DNA of 64,000 nucleotides from Candidatus Hodarchaeota archaeon (GCA_016840035.1 JAEOTC010000031.1:15917-79916); one strand, 5' to 3'; counted from the first letter of the stretch, positions 28,609 to 38,957 are shown. Notes: generated by a model from the letters alone, not told the origin. Numbers and translations are program-made.

Positions 28609-29965
28609 TGTGTATTCGACTCCTCTTTGTATAGATGAACTTAGCAATTTCCTGTCCCACCTGAGTAGGAGATTCAATGGGAAACATGTGCCCTCCAGGT
28701 AAAGTTTTATGGTGAAGAAATTCTTTGGGTAGGAGTTTTACCATTTCCTCTCTCAATTCAATGGGGATGAGCTGATCATCTTTTCCCCATAGACATAGGA
28801 TAGGCTTCTGAATAGTCTCTAAAGTTGATATATAATCGTATTTTGGTAAAAAATCCCGAAATATATTCGCGTACACCTTGTCAGGAATGAGAAATGCCTC
28901 CTTTATGAACGCTTGGTGGATATCAGAGGAACATGCCTTTGAAAACAAAACTCCGGGTGCCATCTTCTTTACTTGTCCTTTAAATGGACCCCAGAGCTTA
29001 GTAGGAGGGAGTGCTTTTACCCCATTTCTGAAAGTATTTGGTGCACGATGAAGTCCTGATAGAATCACATACTTTTCGATATTGGTATATTCTTCTTTCA
29101 TAAATTCTTCAAAAACAATTGCTGACAAAAGCGAGTGAGCTCCTAAAACTACTTTTTTGTTCTGCGTGAGGAACTCAAGAAGGTGTTTCAAGTCAACAAT
29201 ATAATCTTTCTTTTTAAATTCAGTATCTTGACTAATTGGAGAAGAAAATCCTCTTATGCCGTAGATAATTACATTAAAATTATTCTTTGTGAGGGATTTG
29301 TTTAGAGGAAGAAAATCTTCCAATTTCCCTCCCAATGGTGACAGTATGATTAAAGAAGTATCGAACCTGTTGGTTGATTGAAAATATCGAATCGTCCTAC
29401 CGTATAGTGATACTTCCTGAACCTCATAACTTTCAGGAGGATCAAGAGATGAGAGAATTTTTGTTCCAAATGATTTGGGTTTGCTTGTAAAAAGACGAAG
29501 CTGAGATGTTACATCATCAAATAGATGTTGTAATTGTTCAACTGGCTTCATTAACAGAGTTGAGAGGGCTGTAAGTATATCAGGATCCTGCGATTCTTTC
29601 TTTTCTTTTAGTTTTTGTTTATTTTCCTCTTGGAACTTTAGAACATCACTTGAAATGTTTTCGATTTCTGCCAAATTAAAAGAAAAAAGAGGTTTCATTA
29701 CATTGGGACTAGTACCGAACGTAAATTCAAGATATTCGTGTTTTTTCAACTTTTTCCTTTTTTCAACATTTCTAATACTCTGTAAATATTGAATTGGGTA
29801 ATGTACAAGAACGAAGGGGGCATCTTCAGCTTCTTTTGTCTGTACAGCAAACTCGAGTCTATTTTCCTCTTTGTTTATTCTTAAAATACCGTGTCGTTTA
29901 TTCTGAAGACGAGAGTCTCCCTCATGATATGTGGCAAACCACTCATTCTTGTAAGATTTATTCAT
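28601..29965 (-). CDS. alpha/beta-hydrolase-fold protein with an extra N-terminal domain
   Basis: YGIRGFS, nucleophile-elbow-like GAHSLL, LCLWGKDDQLIP, GGHMFPIE in the C-terminal ~270 aa. Confidence 0.8.
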   Translation of the reverse strand: MNKSYKNEWFATYHEGDSRLQNKRHGILRINKEENRLEFAVQTKEAEDAPFVLVHYPIQYLQSIRNVEKRKKLKKHEYLEFTFGTSPNVMKPLFSFNLAEIENISSDVLKFQEENKQKLKEKKESQDPDILTALSTLLMKPVEQLQHLFDDVTSQLRLFTSKPKSFGTKILSSLDPPESYEVQEVSLYGRTIRYFQSTNRFDTSLIILSPLGGKLEDFLPLNKSLTKNNFNVIIYGIRGFSSPISQDTEFKKKDYIVDLKHLLEFLTQNKKVVLGAHSLLSAIVFEEFMKEEYTNIEKYVILSGLHRAPNTFRNGVKALPPTKLWGPFKGQVKKMAPGVLFSKACSSDIHQAFIKEAFLIPDKVYANIFRDFLPKYDYISTLETIQKPILCLWGKDDQLIPIELREEMVKLLPKEFLHHKTLPGGHMFPIESPTQVGQEIAKFIYTKRSRIHIE

Positions 29966-29984
29966 ATGTCTAATTCCTTGTTGA

Positions 29985-30326
29985 TCAAAGTAGAGGTATA
30001 ATACAGAGAAAAATTAGATCACTATTTCCTGTGTTTTCGTAGCCATGAGCTTCATTTGGAGGAACATAAAGTGTATCATTCGCTTTAATATCCTGCTTAA
30101 AACCTGAATCATCAATAACGGATCCTTTTCCTGAAAGAACAAAAATCTCGTGCTCCTCTTTGTGATTATGAATCCCAATTTTACCTCCTGGTTGGACAAT
30201 AAATCGTCGTAATGCAAAATTGGGCACACCATCATCCTTACCCCACAGCCATTGAATAGATGTTCCAATTGAATTATAGATTGTTATATTTTGTGATTCA
30301 ATATCGGTACTATCTTTAATCTTCAT
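29985..30326 (-). CDS. cupin domain protein
   Basis: PGGKIGIHNHKEEHEIFVLSGKG and VPPNEAHGYEN cupin motifs 1 and 2. Confidence 0.92.
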   Translation of the reverse strand: MKIKDSTDIESQNITIYNSIGTSIQWLWGKDDGVPNFALRRFIVQPGGKIGIHNHKEEHEIFVLSGKGSVIDDSGFKQDIKANDTLYVPPNEAHGYENTGNSDLIFLCIIPLL

Positions 30327-30666
30327 ATCAGCGCCTATCCATAATTCTCCTTGCTTGTAGTATTTGTAAAATTTTACACTCCATTCAACAAAGGTTTGAT
30401 GAGGATTTCAAAATTATTAGCTCATTCTTTTTCTACTTTAATAGATTCTTATGTAATTCTAGTCATTGTTTCGGATACTGTTCTTTCTTGATATATTTAA
30501 AGCTTCTTTGCTTGTGTTTTTTGATATCTCTTGTACCTGTTTATGATTCATCTCCCGAAAGAACTTTATTCGGCATAAAAAAAAGGATTCGTATTCAGGC
30601 ACAGTAGGTCTTTAAATTCAATCCTACTGTATAGTCTTTAAGATCGTTTAAATTATAATATTCGGA

Positions 30667-33255
30667 ATGAAAATTATGCAACCCTGGTTTAAAGTTGTTA
30701 AACCAAATTCTTTCATTGAATCTCTTGGTAGACAAGAGGATCTACTAGTTGCTGATTTGGGTGATGTTATAGCTGGAACAGCTCATCCAATCTATCTTGA
30801 GCCTGAGCTCTTCGCAAATTCTACTTACTTTACAAGTGGATTGATTACCTTTCTTGACTCTATTCTTGCTAAAATATCAACAGGTGAAGGCAATAGCATA
30901 ATTCGATTACAAACGCGATTCGGTGGAGGAAAAACTCATAGCTTAATTGCGGCTCATCATCTATTGAATGACCAATCCATTTTTAGGAAACACATATCTC
31001 CTATCACTTTAGAGCATGAACCGCGTATTGCTAGAATTATAGGAACCCATCTCAATCCCATAGAAGGTCGTAGAGTAAAGGATATTCAGATCTACACTCC
31101 CTGGGGAGAACTTGCATACCAATTAGGAGGATCTGAATCTTACGCGAAAGTCCTAGAAAATGACCAAAGCCGTATCTCACCGGGAAAGACCGTACTATTA
31201 ACACTTTTTTCAGCAAACAACCCTACTGTGATATTATTGGACGAAATCACGGAGTTTATCGCAAAAGCGAGGGGAGTAAAAGTCAATGATTCAAATTTGG
31301 GTCTTCAAACACTCATATTCTTACAAGAATTAACTGAATGCATTCGATCGTTAAATAAATCAATTTTAGTAATAACTCTACCTGAAAGAGAGTATGAAAT
31401 TACTGAGGGGAATGATAAACCCGTTCTCATTGAAATTGATCATATATTAGGGCGAATTGATTCACTAATCGTTCCTTCGGAGCGATCTGATTTATATCAA
31501 ATAATCAGGAAGAAATTAATCAAAGAAATCATCGATAGTGAGGCATTAATACAAATTGTTGATAGTTATACTGAATTCTATTATCAGAACAGGAAGGAAT
31601 TTCCAACTTTCTCTGTAGAAAAATCATATCGATCTCAGTTAAGAGACGCATACCCCTTCCATCCTGCAACAATTGATTTATTATTTGATAAATGGAATAA
31701 ACTACCTACATTTCAGGGTACACGGACAATCTTACATGTGTTAGCAAGAACCTTGTTCGAGCTGGATCATGCAAATAATAATTTGTTATTGATTAAGCCT
31801 ACAGATTTTCTTCTTCTAGAAAATTCATGGAAAGTCCTTTTTTATCGTCATCTTCCAATTAAATTAACAGAAGTTCTAAAACATGAGATAAACATATTTG
31901 AAACCTTCATTCGTTTGGAACACAAGCCTAAAAACTGGTTAGATCTAGGTAAAATGATTATATTTTCAATTTTCTTGAATTCAGTCCCCTCATTGGATGA
32001 TCGCGGGATTTCTTTGCAAGAAATATGCCTAGCCACCTGGGGGCCTGATAAAGAATTGGTACTTATCTTGGAAATATTTAGTTCATTATTACAAAACCAG
32101 GAATACCTTCACCAAAGGGATAATAAAAATTACATATCAGAAGATACGAATTTTAATCATAAAGTTACAAATCTGAAAAATAAAGTTGAATCTGATGCCT
32201 TAATAGAAATCAAAAACACCTTGAATTCACAGAAGAGAAATCAATCTATCGAGGTTTATGTGTGGCCAAAATCGTCAGATGAAATCCGTGACAGTCCGAA
32301 TTTGAAGCTCATTCTATTATCACCAGCTCTCCAAGATATGGATTTAAAGACCTGGGTCAAGTTGAAAGGAGACAAATTTCGTAAATATCAAAATACGATG
32401 CTATTCAGCAGACTTCATTCCCATAATTTCCATCAACTAAAGGAACTTACTCAGAAGAAAATTGCTATTAAGCGAATAAAAGACGAATCCAAAATTGAGG
32501 ATTTAGACAAGAAAAGTAAACTGAAACTAAACTCAAGAAAGGTTGAATTAGAAAATGGAATAGAGTATTTTCAAAATCGAATTTACTTGGAATTCTCTGA
32601 TGGTAATCATAATTATTTTCTTCATCCTCCGAAACATTCTAACACGTCGATTACAAGATGGATGATTCAACAACTAATTGAAAACGAAGTAATTGTCAAT
32701 AAAATTCATCCACTTTATATCAAAGACAACTTTCTTAAGAAAGATGGAAAAATTAATACACACAGTATTCTAAATCAATTCTTGAAAAATATAGATTTTC
32801 CTAAACTATTGAATAGGAATATCTTACAAGATTCTCTATCCAAAGGAATAAAGGAGAACATATTCAAGTTTGAAGTTATATCAGATACAAAATCTGATTC
32901 AAGTTCACCTCAAGAAACTCCAATGGACTATGTTATCTCATTCACAAGAAATGAAATAATAAGAGCGCCAAATCAACATCTTCAATCGTCTGTTGAGACA
33001 GACATAAAAAAAGACGAAAAAAGTCAACAGATAGACAAGAACCGTATAACTTTAAGTTTTCAATCTCTAGACTCAAAAAAAATCCAACAAATTAAGAAAG
33101 GAATAGTCGAACCTTTAGAAACAGAGGAAGGGGATTTTAAGATTGATATAACTTTTAGAATATCCAATCCAGAGAATCTGAAGAATAAATTGACCCTACA
33201 CCTGATTAAAGAAACAGTCAATCAACTCGAAGGAGAAATTACGGAGGAAGAATAA
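30667..33255 (+). CDS. DUF499 family AAA+ ATPase
   Basis: PWFKVVKP, LQTRFGGGKTHSL (Walker A), TPWGELAYQLGG, ILLDEI (Walker B), AYPFHP, FQGTRTIL. Confidence 0.85.
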   Translation: MKIMQPWFKVVKPNSFIESLGRQEDLLVADLGDVIAGTAHPIYLEPELFANSTYFTSGLITFLDSILAKISTGEGNSIIRLQTRFGGGKTHSLIAAHHLLNDQSIFRKHISPITLEHEPRIARIIGTHLNPIEGRRVKDIQIYTPWGELAYQLGGSESYAKVLENDQSRISPGKTVLLTLFSANNPTVILLDEITEFIAKARGVKVNDSNLGLQTLIFLQELTECIRSLNKSILVITLPEREYEITEGNDKPVLIEIDHILGRIDSLIVPSERSDLYQIIRKKLIKEIIDSEALIQIVDSYTEFYYQNRKEFPTFSVEKSYRSQLRDAYPFHPATIDLLFDKWNKLPTFQGTRTILHVLARTLFELDHANNNLLLIKPTDFLLLENSWKVLFYRHLPIKLTEVLKHEINIFETFIRLEHKPKNWLDLGKMIIFSIFLNSVPSLDDRGISLQEICLATWGPDKELVLILEIFSSLLQNQEYLHQRDNKNYISEDTNFNHKVTNLKNKVESDALIEIKNTLNSQKRNQSIEVYVWPKSSDEIRDSPNLKLILLSPALQDMDLKTWVKLKGDKFRKYQNTMLFSRLHSHNFHQLKELTQKKIAIKRIKDESKIEDLDKKSKLKLNSRKVELENGIEYFQNRIYLEFSDGNHNYFLHPPKHSNTSITRWMIQQLIENEVIVNKIHPLYIKDNFLKKDGKINTHSILNQFLKNIDFPKLLNRNILQDSLSKGIKENIFKFEVISDTKSDSSSPQETPMDYVISFTRNEIIRAPNQHLQSSVETDIKKDEKSQQIDKNRITLSFQSLDSKKIQQIKKGIVEPLETEEGDFKIDITFRISNPENLKNKLTLHLIKETVNQLEGEITEEE

Positions 33256-33278
33256 GTTAAAATTAATTCATCGGGCTC

Positions 33279-35111
33279 TTACTTTTCTTTTTTAGAATTA
33301 GAATTAAAATGAAGAAAAATCTTCTCCCCAGTCGAACGGTTGATAGTTTCAACTTGACAGAGCTCTTCAACGCTCGCACTTTTAATTCTCTCAATACTCC
33401 CAAAATGAGATAACAAATTCTTTCTTCTTTTTGCACCTACTCCAGGAATATTATCCAGTTCAGATTTCTGTTGTAAAACACGCCGTTTTTTATGATAAGA
33501 AACCGCAAAACGGTGTGCTTCATCTCGGGTTTGCTTCAATAATCTCAACGCAAGACTATCGATTGGAAACAAAACAGGTTTTCTTTTTTGAGGTAGGAAT
33601 ACTTCTTCCTCCCTTTTTGCTAATCCGATAACTGGAATTGTTAACTTAAAGGACTTTAATATTTGTCCGATCGCGTTTACCTGTGGTTTTCCCCCATCTA
33701 CAACAATTAAATCAGGTAAATCTTTTGCAAACGTTTTATCCTTGTGTTTCAATCTACGATTTAATACCTCTCGCATCATTGCAACATCATTTGGTTCAGG
33801 AGGCAAAGTTTTTATTTTAAACTTTCGATACTGAGATTTATGCGGCACTCCCTCATAGAAAACGACCATTGATCCCACAGGTAACTGACCTTGTAGATTA
33901 GAAATATCGTATGTCTCAATTCTTGTGGGTAGATCCTTTAAGTCGAGTCGAGTTTTTAGCTCTTTTAAGGCATTTTTCTTGATTTCTAACTTGGTTTTCG
34001 CTTTTCGTACCTGTTCACCAAGCTGAAACCGTTTTTTCAATACTATTGGTTTAAACATTTTACGTTCTTGAATTTCAGGAATGTTGTGAAGTTGTATGGT
34101 TATACCTTGTCTTTTAGACAACCATATTTCAAGAGTTTCTTGTTCATCACTGATATCTACAGATGATTCGATAATTGGTGGAATAAAATCGGAGTCAAGA
34201 TAGAAATTCTTGATGTAGCTTTTTACTATCTCAGCTTCTGAAAGAGAACTCAACTGACCCCAATTACGTTCATCTATATTAATTATTTCGTTGTCTTGAA
34301 TCCAAAAGTTGAGTAAAAGATAGTGATCATCCTCAGAGATGAGGATTACTACATCTTTAGCCCTCGGAATTGCCAAGGTCTTCTGGGAAGCAATTGTCCT
34401 TTCAATTTGAGAAATTCTGTCGCGAATTTTGGCTGCACCTTCAAAATTCAGCTTTTCGGATAGAGAATTCATCTCATTATATAATATCTCTAATAGATCC
34501 TCTCTTTTGCCTTGAAGAAATAGAACTAGTTCGTTAACTATCTGCTGATAATCATCAAGAGAGATATTTCCAACACATGGAGCACTACACCTCTTAATTG
34601 AATAATCTAGACAGGCTTTTTTCGTTCTAAAACAGTAAGTTTTATTAGCAACAGGGAAAATACGACGAAGGACTCTTACAGAAGATCTCAATGCTGTAAC
34701 ATCTTTTTTCCTTCCAAAAAACCAATCATATGAATTTAAAGGACTACGTACAATAAAAAGGCGACTAAATTTCTCATTTTCTGAAGGAATCGTGATTTGT
34801 ACCAGAGGATAATCTTTATCATCTTTCCAGTCAATATTATAACGCGGGTGATAAATTCGAATTAGATCCCGCTCACGAATAAATGCTGCTTCGCTTGATT
34901 CATGGATCTCATAGTCAAATGATTTGATATTGGCAACAAGCTCACGAGTTTTTCTATCTGGAATATCACGTCTAAAATAGGAGCTAACTCGCTTTTTCAA
35001 ATCCTTAGCTGCTCCTACATAAATTACTTTACCTGAATCATCTAGCATGAGATAAACCCCGGGAAGATGGGGCAACTTTGCTAAATCAGATTGTAAAGTT
35101 GAACTTTCCAC
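33279..35111 (-). CDS. uvrC: excinuclease ABC subunit C
   Basis: GIY-YIG (PGVYLM...IYVGAAKDLKKRVSSYF), RIETYDISNL, VDGGKPQ, RDEAHRFA, C-terminal HhH. Confidence 0.95.
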   Translation of the reverse strand: MESSTLQSDLAKLPHLPGVYLMLDDSGKVIYVGAAKDLKKRVSSYFRRDIPDRKTRELVANIKSFDYEIHESSEAAFIRERDLIRIYHPRYNIDWKDDKDYPLVQITIPSENEKFSRLFIVRSPLNSYDWFFGRKKDVTALRSSVRVLRRIFPVANKTYCFRTKKACLDYSIKRCSAPCVGNISLDDYQQIVNELVLFLQGKREDLLEILYNEMNSLSEKLNFEGAAKIRDRISQIERTIASQKTLAIPRAKDVVILISEDDHYLLLNFWIQDNEIINIDERNWGQLSSLSEAEIVKSYIKNFYLDSDFIPPIIESSVDISDEQETLEIWLSKRQGITIQLHNIPEIQERKMFKPIVLKKRFQLGEQVRKAKTKLEIKKNALKELKTRLDLKDLPTRIETYDISNLQGQLPVGSMVVFYEGVPHKSQYRKFKIKTLPPEPNDVAMMREVLNRRLKHKDKTFAKDLPDLIVVDGGKPQVNAIGQILKSFKLTIPVIGLAKREEEVFLPQKRKPVLFPIDSLALRLLKQTRDEAHRFAVSYHKKRRVLQQKSELDNIPGVGAKRRKNLLSHFGSIERIKSASVEELCQVETINRSTGEKIFLHFNSNSKKEK

Positions 35112-35275
35112 TCATATCAAATCCAATTAGATGTTTTTAGGGTGCATCCTTAGAATTTATTGGTTTTTGCTTAAGTGTGTGAAATGATATAAAATATAAG
35201 AGGCAAACCCTCATTTCAATAAATGTCTCCTCCCCCTCAAGTTAAGCTTAAAACACTCTCTAACAACAAGAAATA

Positions 35276-36115
35276 ATGGGGATTACACCTGTGGTTAAGG
35301 AAAAAAGATATTTTTTTATGTGTCCTCCTTTTGAGATCGTAGGACGGAAAAAGCAATTAGTTGTGGGTCGACGTGGCCAATTTGAGATTTCACAGAATTT
35401 AGTCCAATACAAACTTGGGAACTCTGTGACGAACTTCCTAATCTTACATCCTTCAGAAGGACTTGGCGAATTTACCGAACTCCCACCTGATTCTAATTTT
35501 GATAGTTATCACCTTTTCAGACAAATCTGTCAAGGAAGATCAGAAATTAACCTTCTACCTAGTAGTTCAAATCAGGAACAAACCAAAACCGCCCTTGATT
35601 TCATTTATGGAAATACACTTCCATTTACAGATAACGAAATGGGACCAGGATTTTACAATCTACATTCAATTCCTCCAAATGTATATGAAGAATTTTATAG
35701 GTTAGCAGAGCAACAAGAAGACTCAATTACCACGACAGTGGCAACCTTCAATAAAAATGTGTTCATTCCATTTAAACAAAAAGTTATTGGGACTTATCAC
35801 ACAGATGGAGAGGCGGATGAAGAGAAATCAAAGTCTGCACTTGATGTAATTAATAGAGATTTCCCAGGATTTCTGAATCTACATCAAGACCTTCAAACTA
35901 TTTTATTCAATCAAGCCGATCTTATATCTGAATATCGAAATATATCTTTCAGCATAATTAGTCCACTACTTAGAAAATTTCGTATGTTAAGCTTATTGCA
36001 AGCCGCTTTAATAACCGAAAAGAAGAAAAAGGGATTAGAAATGAGGTTTAAACCTAGAACCTACACTGTAAAAGAAGTTGTGGATTCTATATCCCCTTCG
36101 ATTGTACCTAGATAG
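35276..36115 (+). CDS. hypothetical protein
   Basis: 279-aa ORF filling the gap, no recognisable motif. Confidence 0.7.
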   Translation: MGITPVVKEKRYFFMCPPFEIVGRKKQLVVGRRGQFEISQNLVQYKLGNSVTNFLILHPSEGLGEFTELPPDSNFDSYHLFRQICQGRSEINLLPSSSNQEQTKTALDFIYGNTLPFTDNEMGPGFYNLHSIPPNVYEEFYRLAEQQEDSITTTVATFNKNVFIPFKQKVIGTYHTDGEADEEKSKSALDVINRDFPGFLNLHQDLQTILFNQADLISEYRNISFSIISPLLRKFRMLSLLQAALITEKKKKGLEMRFKPRTYTVKEVVDSISPSIVPR

Positions 36116-36129
36116 AAGTTTGGTAACCT

Positions 36130-36804
36130 TTAAGACTCAAAAAGATAGACCTTTAGAATCTCGAAAAGTTTGTTGATTTCGCTATAAGGGCTATAGAGTG
36201 CAGAAATGTAAGAAATACCAAATTTTGATCTAGGAAATGTTTCTTTAAAGATATCCATTATTGAAGCAAATTGGGAAAGAAACTCTACGGCTTGATCTTT
36301 GATTTCTGGTGAAATGTGAAAATCTTTTGCGCTATAAGACGTTGAAACACAGGTGTCACATTTATTGACTACAAAATGAAAAATGTACTTCTTCGTCTTA
36401 GCCTTCTCATCAGCTCGTTCAGGATTCAGATCTAGTGAGTCTAAAAAATAGTTATAGGCATCTTCCATTGCTATGCGTGTGATTTCAATTGACTGTTGGG
36501 GATCAAGAAGGAAAAGCATTCCATCGGTATTAAATGCTCTTAAAACCTCTCTCCATTGTCTTCTGTATTTTATTTCCCCTGGATTATCAATAGCAAGAAT
36601 TTGATATTTTCGATAGGCTTCAGGATGATACCAAGGATATGAATCTGAACTTTGAAGTCTAATTTTCTTTTGTTCGATATTTATTTGATAGCTTTTCTTG
36701 CTTTTTATTGTTCTGACATCAGTTCCCTTCATCCGGTCAATTAACGTTGTTTTACCGACACCAGTATTTCCAAGAATTGAAATTCGGATTTTTCTATCAA
36801 ACAC
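36130..36804 (-). CDS. divergent small GTPase (Ras/Arf superfamily)
   Basis: GNTGVGKTT, DNPGE (G3), NKCD (G4), ISAL (G5), with insertions. Confidence 0.82.
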   Translation of the reverse strand: MFDRKIRISILGNTGVGKTTLIDRMKGTDVRTIKSKKSYQINIEQKKIRLQSSDSYPWYHPEAYRKYQILAIDNPGEIKYRRQWREVLRAFNTDGMLFLLDPQQSIEITRIAMEDAYNYFLDSLDLNPERADEKAKTKKYIFHFVVNKCDTCVSTSYSAKDFHISPEIKDQAVEFLSQFASIMDIFKETFPRSKFGISYISALYSPYSEINKLFEILKVYLFES

Positions 36805-36900
36805 AATGGATCCTCTGAGTTTTTAACATATTAATTTGATTAGTCTCTATTTCTTGAGCTTGACTCCCTCTATAAAAAGCTGATTTTATTACCAGCATCA

Positions 36901-36941
36901 AAATTTATAAGACACTAACCAGAATTTACAGCTTGGAGTGA
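36901..36941 (+). promoter_or_regulatory. putative TATA box and Shine-Dalgarno sequence for uvrB
   Basis: TTTATAA at 36904-36910 after an A-run; GGAGTG at 36935-36940, 7 nt before CTG 36948. Confidence 0.5.
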
Positions 36942-36947
36942 ATCCTA

Positions 36948-38957
36948 CTGTCAAAATTTAACTTAGTTTCGGAGTTCAAGCCACGAGGCGATCAAACTCA
37001 AGCAATCCAGTTACTAGTTGATGGAATTAAAACGGGGAAAAATTTTCAAACGTTATTAGGTGTAACAGGATCAGGAAAAACTTTCACAGTAGCTAACGTA
37101 ATTGAGAAGATAAATCGTCCAACTCTTGTGATTTCTCATAACAAGACCCTTGCGGCCCAACTTTATCAGGAATTCAAGGAATACTTTCCAGAAAACGCTG
37201 TTGAATATTTTGTTTCCTTTTATGATTATTATCAACCCGAAGCATATCTACCCACTCCTGATCGCTACATAGAAAAAGATTTTGACATAAATGAAGAAAT
37301 AGACAAAATGCGAGCTTCAACAACCAGAAGTTTATTAGAACGGGATGATGTAGTTGTTGTAGCCTCTGTCTCCTGTATCTATGGCCTTGGCAAACCAGAG
37401 CATTACAAAAATATGAGCTTCTTTGTACAGAAAGGCATGGAGATTACAAAAGAAAAGATTTTATCCCATCTGATTGACATTTTATATGAACGAAATGAGG
37501 TAGCTCTCACTAGAGGGAAAATTAGGTCAAGGGGGGATATAATTGATGTTTGGCCAGTATACGATGACACTGCGGTTCGAATCGAATTGTTTGGGGATGA
37601 GGTTGAACGTATTTCCATAATTCACCCAGTTTCAGGTAAACGCATCTCAGAATTAGACCGTACATATATTTTTCCTGCTAAACACTATGTAAGACCAAGG
37701 GAAGAGCTACAGGCAGTCCTTGGTGATATTCGAAAGGAATTAAAAGAGCGGTTATCGGAGTTAACTAATCAAAAGAAGTTAGTTGAAGCTCAACGACTAC
37801 AACAACGAACTCAGTATGATTTAGAACTAATCGATCAAATCGGGTATGCCCCGGGAATGGAAAATTACTCTAGATATTTTGATGGCCGAAAACCGGGAGA
37901 ACCTCCTTCTACATTGTTTAATTTCTTCCCCTCTGATTACCTTCTAATTATTGATGAATCACATATGACAATTCCTCAGGTCGGAGGAATGCGAGAGGGT
38001 GACTACTCAAGAAAGAAGAATCTTATCGATTATGGATTTCGCTTACCTTCAGCATTTGATCATAGACCCCTCGCGTTCTCTGAGTTTGAAGAAGAAATGG
38101 GAAAAACAATATTTCTGAGCGCAACTCCTGGTCCCTATGAAATGCATTTAACTGGAAAAACTAATGTCGTTGAACAAATAATCCGACCTACTGGCCTCGT
38201 AGATCCTGAAATCATTGTTCGTTTGAATTTACCAAATCATATTGATGACCTCGTTAATGAAATTCAAAAAACAACAGAAAAAGGGGAAAGGACTCTTGTG
38301 ACGACCTTAACCAAGCGAATGGCAGAGAATCTGGCTGATTATTTTGATGAAATAGGTATTCGGTCACGATATTTGCACTCTGAAATTAAAACGTTAGAAC
38401 GAACCGATATTCTGCGATCACTCAGGCTAGGTGACTTTGATGTCCTTGTAGGTATCAATTTGTTGCGAGAAGGACTTGACCTCCCTGAGGTATCATTAGT
38501 TGCAATTCTCGATGCTGATAAACAAGGTTTTTTGCGAAACGAACGAGCTTTGATTCAAACAATAGGCCGAGCCTCCAGAAACGTGAATGGAAGAGTAATA
38601 TTCTATGCAGATGCAATTTCTGATTCTATGGAAGCTGCAATTAGAGAAACAAAGCGCAGACGACGGATCCAACTTCGATTCAATGAAAAAGCGGGATTAA
38701 CACCTAAAACTATCATCAAAGAGGTTCGTTCTCCATTGATTGAATTAGAAACGAGTTTTTCTAATATCAAGAAGGAAAAGATTGCTAAAGAAGACCTACC
38801 TGAATATCTTGATGCATTAAAAGAGGAGATGCAGCTTGCAGCAAAAAATCTCGAATTTGAAAAAGCAGCAGAGATTCGTGATATGATACTCGTTATGCAA
38901 GATCCTAAAGCAAAAACAATCCCCAAGCTAATAGAAAGGAAGAAAAAGAAAAAATAG
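36948..38957 (+). CDS. uvrB: excinuclease ABC subunit B
   Basis: Extending the track ORF 60 codons upstream gives SKFNLVSEFKPRGDQ...LLGVTGSGKTFT (Walker A); also YDYYQPEAY, DESH, GINLLREGLD, GRASRN and a C-terminal UVR domain. Confidence 0.95.
   Translation: MSKFNLVSEFKPRGDQTQAIQLLVDGIKTGKNFQTLLGVTGSGKTFTVANVIEKINRPTLVISHNKTLAAQLYQEFKEYFPENAVEYFVSFYDYYQPEAYLPTPDRYIEKDFDINEEIDKMRASTTRSLLERDDVVVVASVSCIYGLGKPEHYKNMSFFVQKGMEITKEKILSHLIDILYERNEVALTRGKIRSRGDIIDVWPVYDDTAVRIELFGDEVERISIIHPVSGKRISELDRTYIFPAKHYVRPREELQAVLGDIRKELKERLSELTNQKKLVEAQRLQQRTQYDLELIDQIGYAPGMENYSRYFDGRKPGEPPSTLFNFFPSDYLLIIDESHMTIPQVGGMREGDYSRKKNLIDYGFRLPSAFDHRPLAFSEFEEEMGKTIFLSATPGPYEMHLTGKTNVVEQIIRPTGLVDPEIIVRLNLPNHIDDLVNEIQKTTEKGERTLVTTLTKRMAENLADYFDEIGIRSRYLHSEIKTLERTDILRSLRLGDFDVLVGINLLREGLDLPEVSLVAILDADKQGFLRNERALIQTIGRASRNVNGRVIFYADAISDSMEAAIRETKRRRRIQLRFNEKAGLTPKTIIKEVRSPLIELETSFSNIKKEKIAKEDLPEYLDALKEEMQLAAKNLEFEKAAEIRDMILVMQDPKAKTIPKLIERKKKKK

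Noticed and set aside
37128-38957. uvrB as an N-terminally truncated pseudogene
   Set aside because: The conserved N-terminus and Walker A are present in frame upstream; only the start codon is unusual.
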